Below, piece by piece: positions 26,805 through 39,589 of a stretch of DNA of 64,000 nt; the stretch's first letter is position 1; each line of letters starts with the position of its first letter. The notes below the pieces were generated by a model that had not been told where the DNA came from, ran no database searches, and saw only the letters and a list, made by a program, of their open reading frames with translations. Both the position numbers and the translations under genes were made by a program. The DNA lies in the NCBI GenBank assembly GCA_951406725.2, contig OX597840.1:34968001-35032000 (forward strand). The letters run 5' to 3'. The DNA comes from Octopus vulgaris (lineage: Eukaryota).

Positions 26805-28678
26805 CATCATCATCATCATTGCTTGACCGTGGTCGAGACAATGGAATTTACCATGCTACGCCAGACTTCACGGTCCATCATGGCATTACGGAGGTCCTGT
26901 TGCTGGATGCCTGTATCCCTGGAGATTATATCAGGGTAGGAGAGTGTGCGCCCTCTGGTATTGCGATCGTGGTCGAGACAATGGAATTTACCATGCTACG
27001 CCAGACTTCACGGTCCATCATGGCATTACGGAGGTCCTGTTGCTGGATGCCTGTATCCCTGGAGATTATATCAGGGTAGGAGAGTGTGCGCCCTCTGGTA
27101 TCGCGACCGTGGTCGAGACAATGGAATTTACCATGCTACGCCAGACTTCACGGTCCATCATGGCATTACGGAGGTCCTGTTGCTGGATGCCTGTATCCCT
27201 GGAGATTATATCAGGGTAGGAGAGTGTGCGCCCTCTGGTATCGCGATCGTGGTCGAGACAATGGAATTTACCATGCTACGCCAGACTTCACGGTCCATCA
27301 TGGCATTACGGAGGTCCTGTTGCTGGATGCCTGTATCCCTGGAGATTATATCAGGGTAGGAGAGTGTGCGCCCTCTGGTATCGCGACCGTGGTCGAGACA
27401 ATGGAATTTACCATGCTACGCCAGACTTCACGGTCCATCATGGCATTACGGAGGTCCTGTTGCTGGATGCCTGTATCCCTGGAGATTATATCAGGGTAGG
27501 AGAGTGTGCGCCCTCTGGTATCGCGATCGTGGTCGAGACAATGGAATTTACCATGCTACGCCAGACTTCACGGTCCATCATGGCATTACGGAGGTCCTGT
27601 TGCTGGATGCCTGTATCCCTGGAGATTATATCAGGGTAGGAGAGTGTGCGCCCTCTGGTATCGCGACCGTGGTCGAGACAATGGAATTTACCATGCTACG
27701 CCAGACTTCACGGTCCATCATGGCATTACGGAGGTCCTGTTGCTGGATGCCTGTATCCCTGGAGATTATATCAGGGTAGGAGAGTGTGCGCCCTCTGGTA
27801 TCGCGATCGTGGTCGAGACAATGGAATTTACCATGCTACGCCAGACTTCACGGTCCATCATGGCATTACGGAGGTCCTGTTGCTGGATGCCTGTATCCCT
27901 GGAGATTATATCAGGGTAGGAGAGTGTGCGCCCTCTGGTATCGCGACCGTGGTCGAGACAATGGAATTTACCATGCTACGCCAGACTTCACGGTCCATCA
28001 TGGCATTACGGAGGTCCTGTTGCTGGATGCCTGTATCCCTGGAGATTATATCAGGGTAGGAGAGTGTGCGCCCTCTGGTATCGCGATCGTGGTCGAGACA
28101 ATGGAATTTACCATGCTACGCCAGACTTCACGGTCCATCATGGCATTACGGAGGTCCTGTTGCTGGATGCCTGTATCCCTGGAGATTATATCAGGGTAGG
28201 AGAGTGTGCGCCCTCTGGTATCGCGACCGTGGTCGAGACAATGGAATTTACCATGCTACGCCAGACTTCACGGTCCATCATGGCATTACGGAGGTCCTAT
28301 TGCTGGATGCCTGTATCCCTGGAGATTATATCAGGGTAGGAGAGTGTGCGCCCTCTGGTATCGCGACCGTGGTCGAGACAATGGAATTTACCATGCTACG
28401 CCAGACTTCACGGTCCATCATGGCATTACGGAGGTCCTGTTGCTGGATGCCTGTATCCCTGGAGATTATATCAGGGTAGGAGAGTGTGCGGCCTCTGGTA
28501 TCGCGAGTAGATGGCTTCCAGAGGAGAAGAGTAGAAACTGCCTCTTTTTCAGCTCTACAACAATGTCCAGCAAACTGGACTCTCTTACCTTTCACAAGAG
28601 ATGACACAGGTAGTAGTTTCCCATATATTTGCATTTTGGTTGGATGGCGCTTCCACAATGCAAATATATGGGAAACTT
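26805..28678 (-). mobile_element. 5'-truncated RTE-clade LINE insertion with 12-bp TSD, inserted into an old SINE
   Basis: Minus-strand peptide KRVQFAGHCCR..LLLWKP..GRTLSYPDIISRDTG..LRNAMMDREVWR, a (GAT)n tail, and TSD ccagtaagttat at 26793-26804 and 28679-28690. Confidence 0.85.
26825..28506. repeat. 140-bp tandem repeat x12 with 280-bp higher-order periodicity
   Basis: Near-identical units; the junction alternates cgatcgt/cgaccgt from 26961 to 28230. Confidence 0.97.
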
Positions 28679-29032
28679 CCAGTAAGTTATGACGAATGTA
28701 AATAAACCAACACCAGTTGTGAAGCAGTGATGAGGGAGAAACACATACACTGACATATCTACATATATATGTACAATGGATTTCTTTCCGTTTCTGTCTA
28801 CAAAATCCACTGACAAGGCTTAGTTGGTCTGAGGCTATAGCAGAAATTACCATTCAGTGGGACTGAACCCAGGACCATGTGCCTTGGTACCAAGTTTCTT
28901 ACCACACAGCCACACCTCCACCTATATATATATATATGTATATATATATAATCGCTCGTATTAAATACATAAATACTTAAATAGTATATTGAGAGCACTC
29001 AATTTAAATTCATTATATAATATTCTCATTGA

Positions 29033-29430
29033 ATATCTATATATATAAACTTGAGACTACCCAACCAATTTCATTCAAATTTTACACATGCCTTACTTAG
29101 GGTCCATGTAGTGTCATAGGCCCCGAAAAATGTTTAACTTCTTGCCTAGTGTGAGCCCACAGCAATATCATATCTTCTCCACTATGATTCCTTAAAACTT
29201 GAGAACTACACAACCAATTTCATTCAAATTTTAGACATGCCTTACTTAGGGTCCATGTAGTGTCATAGGCCCCCAAAAATGTTTAACTTCTTGCCTAGTG
29301 CAAGCCCACAACAATATCATATCTCCTCCACTATTTCAGCATTACGTTTCAAAAGTGAAACAAAAACATCTCTCTATTGTAATGTCAGATACTTTCACTT
29401 TAATACTGAAACTATTAAAGTGAAACTATT
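29033..29430. mobile_element. Helentron-like element end with internal ~139-bp tandem duplication
   Basis: Terminus atctatatatataaa; the segment aaacttgaga..caaccaatttcattcaaatttt..atatcatat occurs twice. Confidence 0.45.
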
Positions 29431-30254
29431 ATCTTACATATATACAGGCATACATACATACATACATACATACATATACACATACATATATCTGGTTATT
29501 CAAAAACATTTATACATTGTAAATTTATTCTGTTCAGTTATGTATCAGTATAGTGGTCATTTGCAAACTCCAGAGGTGACACTTTCATTTCTCCTTAGCC
29601 CTCACGTCACACAGATTTTTAATGTTTATTTCAGTTGGGTCATGCCCTTCCAATTGCTATAGATCCGTAATGCATCTTACGGCTGTACCTGTCACCTGGC
29701 TGGTGAGGAATCCTACATTGGGAGTAGTAATGACTAGGGTAGGGTAGCTGACCGCTTATTGTGATCATTTGTCTTTTGGTTTCTTGTAGCTTTGCTCCCT
29801 TTTACAAACCCAGTGAACATACATATATTTCCTATTTCAAAGAAATTCAAACAATAGATATAATTAACTACTCTGCTTGACTTTAAGACATCCACCCCCA
29901 ATAGGGGCCTTAACTCACACATTTTAGAGCCCCATGACCTCCATTTTCAGGAGCAAAATCCTTTTAACAGGTTCTATAAGACTGGAATTTGGAATCTGTG
30001 CATAAAAATCAATAGTATGGCATACATGTGCTTGGTCCCTATGGCTGGACGTCCTTCTTAATGTCAACCACTTTACAGAGTGTACAGGGTGCCCTCTATG
30101 TGTCATAGAAAATCTGCCTCAAAACGCTCCGTCCGACCCATGCAAGCCTGGAAAAAGAGACATTAAAATGGTGATTTTTTTTTTAAAACAAAAAGTAGAG
30201 AAATAAGCAAAGGGAGGTAATCCTCAAAAACTCTTGGATTACTTCCCTTGAAAT

Positions 30255-30296
30255 CGCCACTTCCGCTGTCGTTGGACACAAGAAAGCGGGAACCGT
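30255..30296 (+). promoter_or_regulatory. Putative TATA-less BLM promoter: ETS-like and E2F-like sites
   Basis: ccACTTCCGc (ETS/GABP-type) and aaGCGGGAAc (E2F-type) about 130-165 bp upstream of the ATG. Motif matches only. Confidence 0.4.
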
Positions 30297-30422
30297 GTCT
30301 CGGTGTTTCATTCATAAACAAAATATTTATTTAGCGATGTCGGAGGACAGGAGGCAGTTTGTATCCGGCTGGATTCGTTTTTTCTGAAAGCCTTCCCGTC
30401 TTTCAAAAGAAATATAACGAAA

Positions 30423-33400
30423 ATGGACGAAAACAATTCCAAATACGTCCACAAAAGCGGTTTCAAGTTCAAACGGACTTCGAGTTTACAGAAACCATCG
30501 TCCACACCCTCTTGTCTGCTGAACCTTCCTTCTCGCGACCCTTCTACCAATGCTACAGACATTACTACACCTGCTTCTGCCACCAATACTGCGCCAAATA
30601 ACGCCGTAAGTAACCAATTTTCCAATTCTTTGGATAGATTTAAGGGGAGCAATGTTTGCGATAAAACCCAAAATCCATTCTCAGCTTCCATCACAACAAA
30701 TGCTTCGATTCGTTCAGCTTCTTCGATTATTAATCTACTATCGAAGCCCAATCGCTCGTCCACAGCGTCGGCGACCACAAGCAGCAGTGTGGTCGATAAA
30801 TCGATGGCGATTAAGAAGCCTTTGTCTTTGGAGAGCAAAACATCTTGCCCTTCGTTTTCTTCTGATGTCGGTTCTTCCACCACCGTCTCTTCTGCTGCTA
30901 ATGTTGGGTCGTCGTCCTTGTCGAAAGAACCGAAGCCTGTTCAAAAAACAATGGGCAGTTTCTTGTCCAATTTGCCTCTGACCAAACCGAAACCGATTCA
31001 GGCCGTCCGCCCTCGACCGATCTCTTCGTCGCAGGGCGCGCACCCGACTCCATCAACCAAACGGAAGCTGGGTAGCGACGAGAACAGCAAAACCAACACG
31101 AAACCAAAATCGACATTGGGTTTTGGTCCTCGGAGCAGCCTGGTTCTTCCTGACCCTCACTATGATAAAAGTGAGGATGATGATGATTTTGACGAAAGTT
31201 TTTCAGTTTCGCCTGTTATCAATAGAAAGAAGGCACCCCTTCATGTGCCCTCGCTTCCACCGAACACTACTTCAAAACCGTCTTCCACCATTTCATCTCC
31301 TGCAAGACCTAACACTTTTAAATTCTCGGCCTCAAAGAAACCTGAGACCCCAAAGACAAAAAGCAGCACCGGCATCACTGTCCCTGACAGTGATGCCGAC
31401 GACGATGAAACTGGAACCGTTTGCAATCCTAGGAAGCGGCGAAAGAACCGTGTTGTATCGAGTGATGACGATAATGAGGTTGATGGTGGCGGAGGAGACC
31501 CAAAAATATCCAGTTTTGATTCCCCTGTGAAAACTCCATTGGCCTCTCGATTGAAGAAAACCCCTCGTTCCTCTGCTGCCGGTGAACCAACTCCTTCCTC
31601 TTCACAGTCATCGAATCTTAAACCCCAACTTGATGACGTCACAGCAAACCCGTTGATGCAGAAGGAATCGTTGACCAAAGAAGACGTCAACAAACTCAGG
31701 ATCCTATTGTTCATGACCATGGACGAAGTTTGCGATATTATCAGTAAAATCCCTTCGGCTGATCTCATCAATGTTGCTGTCAAAGATTACAAGCGCTTGC
31801 AGCATCTGCTTCTCACGCGGAAACTACTCAAAGACAAGACGAAGCCGGCCAAAACGCCATCTCCAAAGAAAAATAAGAACGAATTTAATGTTGACAAGAC
31901 TACACCATCAAATAAAGCATCTCTTGTGAAGCGTCTCATGACTTCCAAGGTAAACCCACCATTGTCTGCGCCTTCGAAACCAAAGGTGATCAATTCTCAT
32001 GTTCCGTGCGGGGATAGTTTCTTTGATGAAGATCCCAGCCATTCTACTCCTGTGCCAAATATACTTGACAGAACCAGGAAGAACTCTGCTTCCTCGTCTC
32101 CTTCTGTGTCGAAATTTAACGAGTCTCATGATGTTCTCAATAATAATAATAATAACAACGATATCAGCATTAATGATGATTCTTTTAGTCATGAAGATGG
32201 GTTCTCGGATGCTGATGCTGATGATCTTATAGCATCTGTTGATGAAGGATCCAGTTTCCAGTTTGGTTACAAACTCTCAGAGAGCAGCTCCAAAAATGAC
32301 CCTGACAACCCTTCCGTTCCAGCTGTTGAAAACTCGTTTCAGAGTAGATCAAGTTCCGAGAAATTTCCTACCTTCAACGATTTACCAGAAGCATCAAACT
32401 TTGACAACGATGGAATCACTAGTCTGGGAAAGTTATCTCCAATTCGCAACAGGGAGAACCAAAAACTCAGCGATATTCTCAAAAAGAGTCCCCCTCCAAG
32501 CCCTGTTTTTAAATCAGCCCTCTCCCAAAGCGAACCCATGAGATCTGCATCTGACAATGAAGAAACTAGCGGCACGTCGTCAGAATTCGATGGTTTCCAT
32601 TTTCCACACAGTGACGACATGTTGACGATGTTTAGACAAGTGTTTGGCTTAAAGAAATTCCGAGGTTGTCAGTTGCAAGCCATCAATGCATCCTTACTAA
32701 ATCACGACTGTTTCATTTTAATGCCCACAGGTGGCGGTAAGAGTCTTTGTTATCAGCTACCAGCACTGATTAGTAACGGGGTCAGCATTGTTATATCGCC
32801 TTTGCGAGCCCTAATAATGGACCAAGTGGAACGACTTTTGTCGTTAGACATCCCGGCTGCATCGTTAGCTGGTGATGTAAGCTTGAAAGACTCCGATTCT
32901 GTATATATGCAGCTGTCCATGAAAGAACCGGCTCTGAAACTCGTATATGTCACCCCAGAGAAAATCTCCAGCAGTACCAAGTTAACGAATTTGTTTGAAA
33001 ACCTTAATTCTCGCGGCTTACTCAGTCGATTCGTTGTTGACGAAGCACATTGCGTCAGCCAGTGGGGGCATGATTTTCGACCCGATTACAAACGCTTGTA
33101 TTTGCTCAGAGACAAATTTCCTCATGTTCCCATGATGGCTCTGACAGCCACAGCCACTCTCCGTGTCCGGAAAGATATTATACACCAACTGCACATGAAG
33201 TCTCCGAAGTGGTTTGTGAAAAGCTTCAACCGACCGAATTTGAAGTTTAGTCTAGCGGAGAAGAAACCCAAATCCACGACTGACGAAATTGCTGAATTAA
33301 TTAAATCCAAGTTTAGAAACCAGAGTGGCATTGTGTACTGCTTGTCTCGTAAAGAGTGTGATGAGGCGGCGAAGAGCCTGAGCAGGAAGGGAATAAAGGC

Positions 33401-34871
33401 CATCGCTTACCATGCTGGTCTTTCGGACAACCAGAGGGCTCAGACTCAGGAAGGATGGTTGAATGATATTTGGAAAGTCATCTGTGCCACCATTGCATTT
33501 GGAATGGGTATAGACAAACCCGATGTGCGTTTTGTCATTCATTTCTCAATGCCGAAGTCTGTCGAAGGATATTATCAAGAATCTGGGCGAGCAGGGCGTG
33601 ATGGCCTTCTGGCGTCTTGCACGCTCTTCTACAATTACCAGGACGTGAAACGATTGCGTCGGATGATCGACCTGGACAGGAACTGTACCTACGAATCCAA
33701 GAGAGTCCACATAGACAACCTCTACCAAATGGTGCGCTATTGTGAGAACCGGGCGGATTGTCGGAGAAGTCAGTTGCTGCAGTATTTTGGGGAATATAAT
33801 TTCAACACTGAGATATGTAACGAATTTCCTGGGGCTATTTGTGATAACTGTTCATCGAAAACCACTTTCCATGTTCGTGATGTCACTGAGGACGTGAAAG
33901 GGATCATCCGGTTTGTCAAAGACATGTGCCATGACCGTAATTTCAATTGTACTCTTATTCACCTGACAGAGGTGTTCCGAGGTTCTCGTAATAAGGGTGT
34001 CTTGAGTCTGGGTCATGATAAACATTCCTTACATGGAAGGGGCCAAAGCTACTTGTCACAGGATGCCACCAGGTTACTACGTAAACTAGTCATTGACACG
34101 GTCCTCAAAGAAGAACTGACGGTGACGGCGATGGACCACACTGTGTGTTACGTCAAACTTGGAGCACGGGCTAACGAGGTGATGACCAACAAGTTGAAAA
34201 TAAACCTACCTGTTCATAGCGGAAAGAAGGCTGTCATCACTGATGTCGACACCGAGGTTGTCACAGACAAGAAGAAACTTTTGGACGATTGCTACCAAGA
34301 GTTGCTGGAGTTGGCCAAGCAAATTGCTCAGGAGAGACACATTCACAACTACGCGTCTGTGTTTCCGAATCCGATGCTGCTCTCCATGGCTACGGAAGTC
34401 CCGCTGACCATCGATGAGATGCAGGAGAAGATAGACGGTCTCACCAAGCAGAAGATTGCCAAGTACAACGCTGAACGCTTCCTTGAGATTACCAACAAGT
34501 ACTGCATGCTTTACTCCAATCTCAACACCTACAGTTCCTCGGTGCCGTCGGAGGATTTCAGCGAAGGATGGGAGTCCCCGTATTTCGCTTCAAATTCTTC
34601 AAATACTTTCTCGGCCAACAGCATCAAGAGAAAGCAACCATTTCGTCGAAAGGGCACCTACAAGAGAAAGAGGAAGAGAAAAACTACAAAGAGATCTTCA
34701 GCGTCGTCGTCACCTGTAAAACGAAGCACGGCATTCAAAGCTGCTACCAGTACAGCCAAGAATTCTTTAAAGAAATTTCAGTATTCACAAAACAAAGGTT
34801 CAAAATCAGCAAGCTCAAGTAAACTTGGTTATATGCCAGTACCAAAATTGAAAAGCTCATTCTTTTCTTAA
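30423..34871 (+). CDS. BLM: Bloom syndrome RecQ DNA helicase, 1482 aa, single uninterrupted ORF
   Basis: Helicase motifs [59 protein letters not shown] and [15 protein letters not shown] zinc motif (CEN..CRR..YFGE..C..CDNC), winged helix, HRDC-like helices and a basic C-terminal NLS. BLM-specific BDHCT-like [14 protein letters not shown] and N-terminal SGFKFKR. Confidence 0.95.
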   Translation: MDENNSKYVHKSGFKFKRTSSLQKPSSTPSCLLNLPSRDPSTNATDITTPASATNTAPNNAVSNQFSNSLDRFKGSNVCDKTQNPFSASITTNASIRSASSIINLLSKPNRSSTASATTSSSVVDKSMAIKKPLSLESKTSCPSFSSDVGSSTTVSSAANVGSSSLSKEPKPVQKTMGSFLSNLPLTKPKPIQAVRPRPISSSQGAHPTPSTKRKLGSDENSKTNTKPKSTLGFGPRSSLVLPDPHYDKSEDDDDFDESFSVSPVINRKKAPLHVPSLPPNTTSKPSSTISSPARPNTFKFSASKKPETPKTKSSTGITVPDSDADDDETGTVCNPRKRRKNRVVSSDDDNEVDGGGGDPKISSFDSPVKTPLASRLKKTPRSSAAGEPTPSSSQSSNLKPQLDDVTANPLMQKESLTKEDVNKLRILLFMTMDEVCDIISKIPSADLINVAVKDYKRLQHLLLTRKLLKDKTKPAKTPSPKKNKNEFNVDKTTPSNKASLVKRLMTSKVNPPLSAPSKPKVINSHVPCGDSFFDEDPSHSTPVPNILDRTRKNSASSSPSVSKFNESHDVLNNNNNNNDISINDDSFSHEDGFSDADADDLIASVDEGSSFQFGYKLSESSSKNDPDNPSVPAVENSFQSRSSSEKFPTFNDLPEASNFDNDGITSLGKLSPIRNRENQKLSDILKKSPPPSPVFKSALSQSEPMRSASDNEETSGTSSEFDGFHFPHSDDMLTMFRQVFGLKKFRGCQLQAINASLLNHDCFILMPTGGGKSLCYQLPALISNGVSIVISPLRALIMDQVERLLSLDIPAASLAGDVSLKDSDSVYMQLSMKEPALKLVYVTPEKISSSTKLTNLFENLNSRGLLSRFVVDEAHCVSQWGHDFRPDYKRLYLLRDKFPHVPMMALTATATLRVRKDIIHQLHMKSPKWFVKSFNRPNLKFSLAEKKPKSTTDEIAELIKSKFRNQSGIVYCLSRKECDEAAKSLSRKGIKAIAYHAGLSDNQRAQTQEGWLNDIWKVICATIAFGMGIDKPDVRFVIHFSMPKSVEGYYQESGRAGRDGLLASCTLFYNYQDVKRLRRMIDLDRNCTYESKRVHIDNLYQMVRYCENRADCRRSQLLQYFGEYNFNTEICNEFPGAICDNCSSKTTFHVRDVTEDVKGIIRFVKDMCHDRNFNCTLIHLTEVFRGSRNKGVLSLGHDKHSLHGRGQSYLSQDATRLLRKLVIDTVLKEELTVTAMDHTVCYVKLGARANEVMTNKLKINLPVHSGKKAVITDVDTEVVTDKKKLLDDCYQELLELAKQIAQERHIHNYASVFPNPMLLSMATEVPLTIDEMQEKIDGLTKQKIAKYNAERFLEITNKYCMLYSNLNTYSSSVPSEDFSEGWESPYFASNSSNTFSANSIKRKQPFRRKGTYKRKRKRKTTKRSSASSSPVKRSTAFKAATSTAKNSLKKFQYSQNKGSKSASSSKLGYMPVPKLKSSFFS

Positions 34872-34893
34872 ATCTTACAACCTCACCGCCCTA

Positions 34894-35131
34894 CATCTTG
34901 TCTCTCCCACAAATACTGTATTTGATGGATTTAATGACGCAGGTTTATTTGGTGCACCTGTTCGGAAAAAGACCCTGGGGGATTTTAGGACACTTTTTTT
35001 GGGAAAGAAGTGCATCTTGTCTCTCCCACAAATACTGTGTTTGTTGGATTTTAATGACCCAGGTTTATTTGGTGCACCTATTCAGAAAAAGACCCTGGGT
35101 GATCTTAGGAGACTTTTTTTGGGAAAGAAGT
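34894..35131 (+). repeat. 119-bp direct duplication at the start of the BLM 3' UTR
   Basis: catcttgtctctcccacaaatactgt..gggaaagaagtg at 34894 and 35013, with scattered substitutions. Confidence 0.9.
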
Positions 35132-36708
35132 GCGTCTTATGCGCTTTCAAATATGGTAATTGAAGAAAATCTGCAACTGAAAATAACTTTGTGAAGAGTA
35201 TTTTGAGAATGGCTGTGATTTATTTAGCTTTGTTGCAAAATATATAACAATATTATGGATGAGACATGAACAGTGTTATAAAATATTTATTTATTATTTT
35301 TTTAATTATTTTGTGGCTAGTTAAAGAAAAGAAAATTGAAAAGTAAATCTCAATCTTTAGACAAAATCTTGATTACACAGCTGTTTTCAAGGTACCATTT
35401 ACAAGTCAATGAAGGTACATGGCTTCGGTTTTGTAGTCAGAATTGTGAGATTGTGGTTTCAATTCCTAGACTGGATGGTATGTTGTGTTCTTGAGCAAAA
35501 AACCCTTCATTTCACATCGCTCCAGTCCACTCAGCCATAAATGGATAACCCCGTAAATGGATAACTGGTGTCCACTTCAGGGTAGAATGCTCTGATCCTG
35601 GTTATTTATATGCAGTGTAAACTGGGTGACCAGCCCCATGAGTCCCGGGACTTGTGATAACAATATCCAAAGGATGATGACGATGATGATGATGATGGTT
35701 TAAAAGTCATCCTTCAAATAGGTGATGAGATATTTCAGTTGCACAACAGATGACTCTTGTATTTTATAGTTGACTTTTGTTTCTTCATGAGACTCTTGAC
35801 TCTCAGAAAGACTCGGAGTTTAAAAAAAAAAAAACTCAACATCTGTGATTCTAAACACTCCAATTGGATTTTTGTTTTTGTTCTTTTCTTCGGCCTTTAA
35901 AAAAAAGAAAAAAGAAGTGAAGCTATATTTAAAAAACAATCTTATTCCCAGTTACCGAGCCATGGCTTGGCAGTCCCAACATTCTTGAATATTCAAAGAC
36001 TTCCAGAAAATTCTTCAAACTGTTTGAGTTGTTTTAAACCTTAACATCTTTGATTGCAGTGAAAGAATATCAGTTTGGGAATTCCATTTTTGAAACGGGC
36101 AGTTGATTGTATCCTTGAGCAAGGTACTTCATTTCTTGTTAGCTGAAACTGAGTGCCTGGAGGAGCAGGGGAGTTACACTGTGGTGGACTAGCTTCCCAT
36201 CCAGGGGAATTGTCAGCTACTCTTAGTCGCCTTACAGCTTCAGAAATTTGGATAAACCATTAAGCCTCATGGGACGATTAGCTCAAATGGAAGGCTTTAA
36301 CCTTTGTTAACGAACAAAATCTGTGTGTGTGTGTGTGTGTGTGAACAAATGTTTGCATACATTTGTGTGTATGTAAATGAAATTATTTCTGTGTGTGTGT
36401 GTAAATATATGTATGTTTATATGTGTTCATGACTATGTATGTTTGTGTAAAATTGCATCAGTAATAATCATATTTAATTAACTTTCCTGTATTTATAATT
36501 GATTGCTTTATGTTTTACAAGTAATTATTTCGTGTTGAATGTCCTTAATTTTTTTTTTCTTTTTTTGGGGTTAAAAAGAAAAATTATGACACAAAAATAT
36601 GTACATATAATGATGATGATGATGATGATATTTAGCTGGTGATGCGAGCTTGTGCGGAATGAGATGATTTGGTGCAGCTTTTTACTAAAATTTCTCATCC
36701 TCATCATA

Positions 36709-37102
36709 GGCGCAGGAGTGGCTGTGTGGTAAGTAGCTTGCTTCCCAACCACATGGTTCCGGGTTCAATCCCACTACATGGCATCTTGGGCAAGTGTCTT
36801 CTACTATAGTCTTGGGCCGACCAAAGCCTTGTGAGTGGATTTGGTAGATGGAAACTGAAAGAAGCCCATCGTGTATATATAAATATATATATGTATGTGT
36901 TTGTGTGTCTGTGTTTGTCCCCCCCCAACATCGCTTGACAACCGATGTTGGTGTGTTTAGGTCCCCGTAACTTAGCGGTTCGGTAAAAAGAGACCGATAG
37001 AATAAGTTCTAGGCTTCCAAAGAATAGGTCCCGGGGTCGATTTGCTCGACTAAAGGCGGTGCTCCAGCATGGCCGCAGTCAAAAGACTGAAACAAGTAAA
37101 GA
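36709..37102 (+). mobile_element. SINE family A, full length
   Basis: Complete family A head to tail, flanked by (CAT)n. Confidence 0.9.
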
Positions 37103-37297
37103 CATTATCATCATCATCATCATCATCACTGCCACCACCATCATCATCATCATGGTAAATATCAAAAAAGAACATTTCATATCAGTGAAGTTGTGTATCT
37201 GTCTGTATTTTATTTAATTTGTGTAAATAATTTGTAAGAAAATTATTCTATGTTGACTGTTGATTCTTTTCTTGTACTTTGAAATAATAATAATAAT

Positions 37298-37345
37298 AAT
37301 AAAAAACCCAGAACATTTAAATTGTCTTCAGTGTTATTTTTTGGA
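37298..37345 (+). terminator. Candidate BLM polyadenylation signal
   Basis: AATAAA at 37298-37303 with a U-rich upstream tract and a GU/U-rich element (gtgttatttttt) about 30 nt downstream. Confidence 0.35.
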
Positions 37346-37615
37346 AAAAAACGTTTTTTTTACTCATTTTCATTATTGTCATTGTTAACCATCGAGAACC
37401 TCTATGTGGTCACTCATGTTGCTAGAAATAGCAGCTAAAATCACTCTCAGAACAATCCTCATAACTAGAAGAACTGGAAGACGTACTGGAGATGGTGTAC
37501 TGGTACGAAAACAATTGCAGCGTGGAAGGTGTTTAAAATAATAATGATAATAATAATGAAATTATTGTATACAGTGCTCAGGTGCCATTTAAGAAACACA
37601 AAAACCGTTAGATTC

Positions 37616-38010
37616 TCTTTTACTTGATTCAGTCATTTGACTGCGGCCATGCTGGAGCACCGCCTTTGGTCGAGCAAATCGACCCCGGGACTTATTCTTT
37701 TGTAAGCCCAGTACTTATTCTATCGGTCTCTTTTGCCGAACCGCTAAGTGACGGGGACGTAAACACACCAGCATCGGTTGTCAAACAATGCTAGGGGGAC
37801 AAACACAGACACACAAACACACACACATATATATATATACATATACGACGGGCTTCTTTCAGTTTCCGTCTACCAAATCCACTCACAAGGCATTGGTCGG
37901 CCCGGGGCTATAGCAGAAGACACTTGGCCAAGATACCACGCAGTGGGACTGAACCCGGAACCATGTGGTTGGTAGACAAGCTACTTACCACACAGCCACT
38001 CCTGCGCCTA
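37616..38010 (-). mobile_element. SINE family A, full length, interrupting an older repeat
   Basis: Reverse complement of family A. The flanks join to a sequence also seen at 5630-5775. Confidence 0.9.
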
Positions 38011-38259
38011 TTCCCTTCAACATTTAAATTTAATTTGTCAAAATATTTTCGTCGCTTTTAAGACCAAGATGACCTGTTCACTGACAAAATTCCGTGCTGC
38101 ATCTCTGAGACTTTACTGTCCTGTACTGAGATATATTCGGCCAGGTGAGACCAGGTGTTATTTTGCTAGAAAATTTTTGTAGTCCAAGGGAGATAACCTA
38201 TTCTTAACTTTATACTGAAGTTGATTTTACACGGTGTGTGTGTGCTTTTGTTACACTCA

Positions 38260-38612
38260 TTTTGACTGCGGCCATGCTGGAGCACCGCCTTTAGTCGAAC
38301 ACATCGACCCCAGGACTCATTCTTTGTAAGCCTAGAACTTATTCTATCTGTCTATTTTTCCGAACCGCTAAGTTACGGGGACGTAAACACACCAATGTCG
38401 GTTGTCAAGCGATGGTGGGGTGGGGACAAACACACACACACACACATACGATGGGCTTCTCTCATCAGTTTCCCTCTACCAAATCCACTCACAAGGCTTT
38501 GATTGGCCTGAGGCTATAGTAGAAGGCATTTGCCCAAGGTTCCACGCAGTGGGACTGAACCCAAAACCATGTCGTTGGTAAGCAAGTTACCACACAGCCA
38601 CTCCTGCGCCTA
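38260..38612 (-). mobile_element. SINE family A
   Basis: Reverse complement of the family A sequence. Confidence 0.85.
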
Positions 38613-39196
38613 TAATGTACATACATACATACCTATGTATGTATCTATTATATCTATCTATCTATCTACCCATCTATCTACCCATCTATCTATCCATCTA
38701 TCTACCCGTCTATCTATTTACCTTTCTTCGTTTCTCTCTCTCTCTCTCTCTCTCTATCCATCTATCTACCTTTCTTTCTTCGTTTCTCTCTATCTATCTA
38801 TCTCTGTATATATCTATTTATCTACCTTTCTTTCTCTTTCTCTCCCCCTCTCTCTACCTTTCTTTCTGTCTCTGTGCATGTGTATGTGTGTGCTTTATAT
38901 AAGCTGTGAAAGCCAAGTAACAGACGAAGCAAAAGAACTGGAAAAGTCGACAGTCCAAAAGACCTCCACAGACGAGAATCAAGTCCCCACAGCCACGGTA
39001 TATCGGACATAAAGAGGGTGTGCTTACAAGTCCCTTCCCCCAAACCATTCTGACAGGGACAAACAGCAAGAGGTTATCAAAGACGTCTGGTGACTGAGAA
39101 CAGCAGAGGATGGACTGGAAACAGGAGCCTGGACGATTATATTTAAGCAACGCAACACAGAAAGAACTGCAGAGTCAGAACAGTACAGGACGGAGT

Positions 39197-39589
39197 TGTT
39201 GTTGGAAGCACTCCGTCGGTTACGACGACGAGGGTTCCGGTTGATCCGATGAACGGAACAGCCTGCTCGTGAAATTAACGTGTAAGTGGCTGAGCACTCC
39301 ACAGACACGTGCACCCTTAACGTAGTTCTCGGGGATATTCGGCGTGACACAGAGAGTGACAAGGCCGGCCCTTTGAAATACAGGTACAACAGAAACAGGA
39401 AGTAAGAGTGAGAGAGAGTTGTGGTGAAAGAGTACAGCAGGGATCACCACCATCCCCTGCCGGAGCCTCGTGGAGCTTTTTCGGTGTTTTCGCTCAATAA
39501 ACACTCACAACGCCCGGTCTGGGAATCGAAACCGCGATCCTACGACCGCGAGTCCGCTGCCCTAACCACTGGGCCATTGCGCCTACACT
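39197..39589 (-). mobile_element. SINE family C, full length with 11-bp TSD
   Basis: TSD caggacggagt at 39186-39196 and 39590-39600; tRNA-Arg-like head; (CAA)n tail. Confidence 0.9.

Noticed and set aside
26750-28692. Series of overlapping 137-aa plus-strand ORFs, and a superficial CRISPR-like array
   Set aside because: The ORFs arise from the 140-bp period on the antisense strand of an RTE fragment. There are no unique spacers and the context is eukaryotic.
30308-33728. Antisense and alternate-frame ORFs within BLM
   Set aside because: Shadow ORFs of a real coding sequence, with no independent features.
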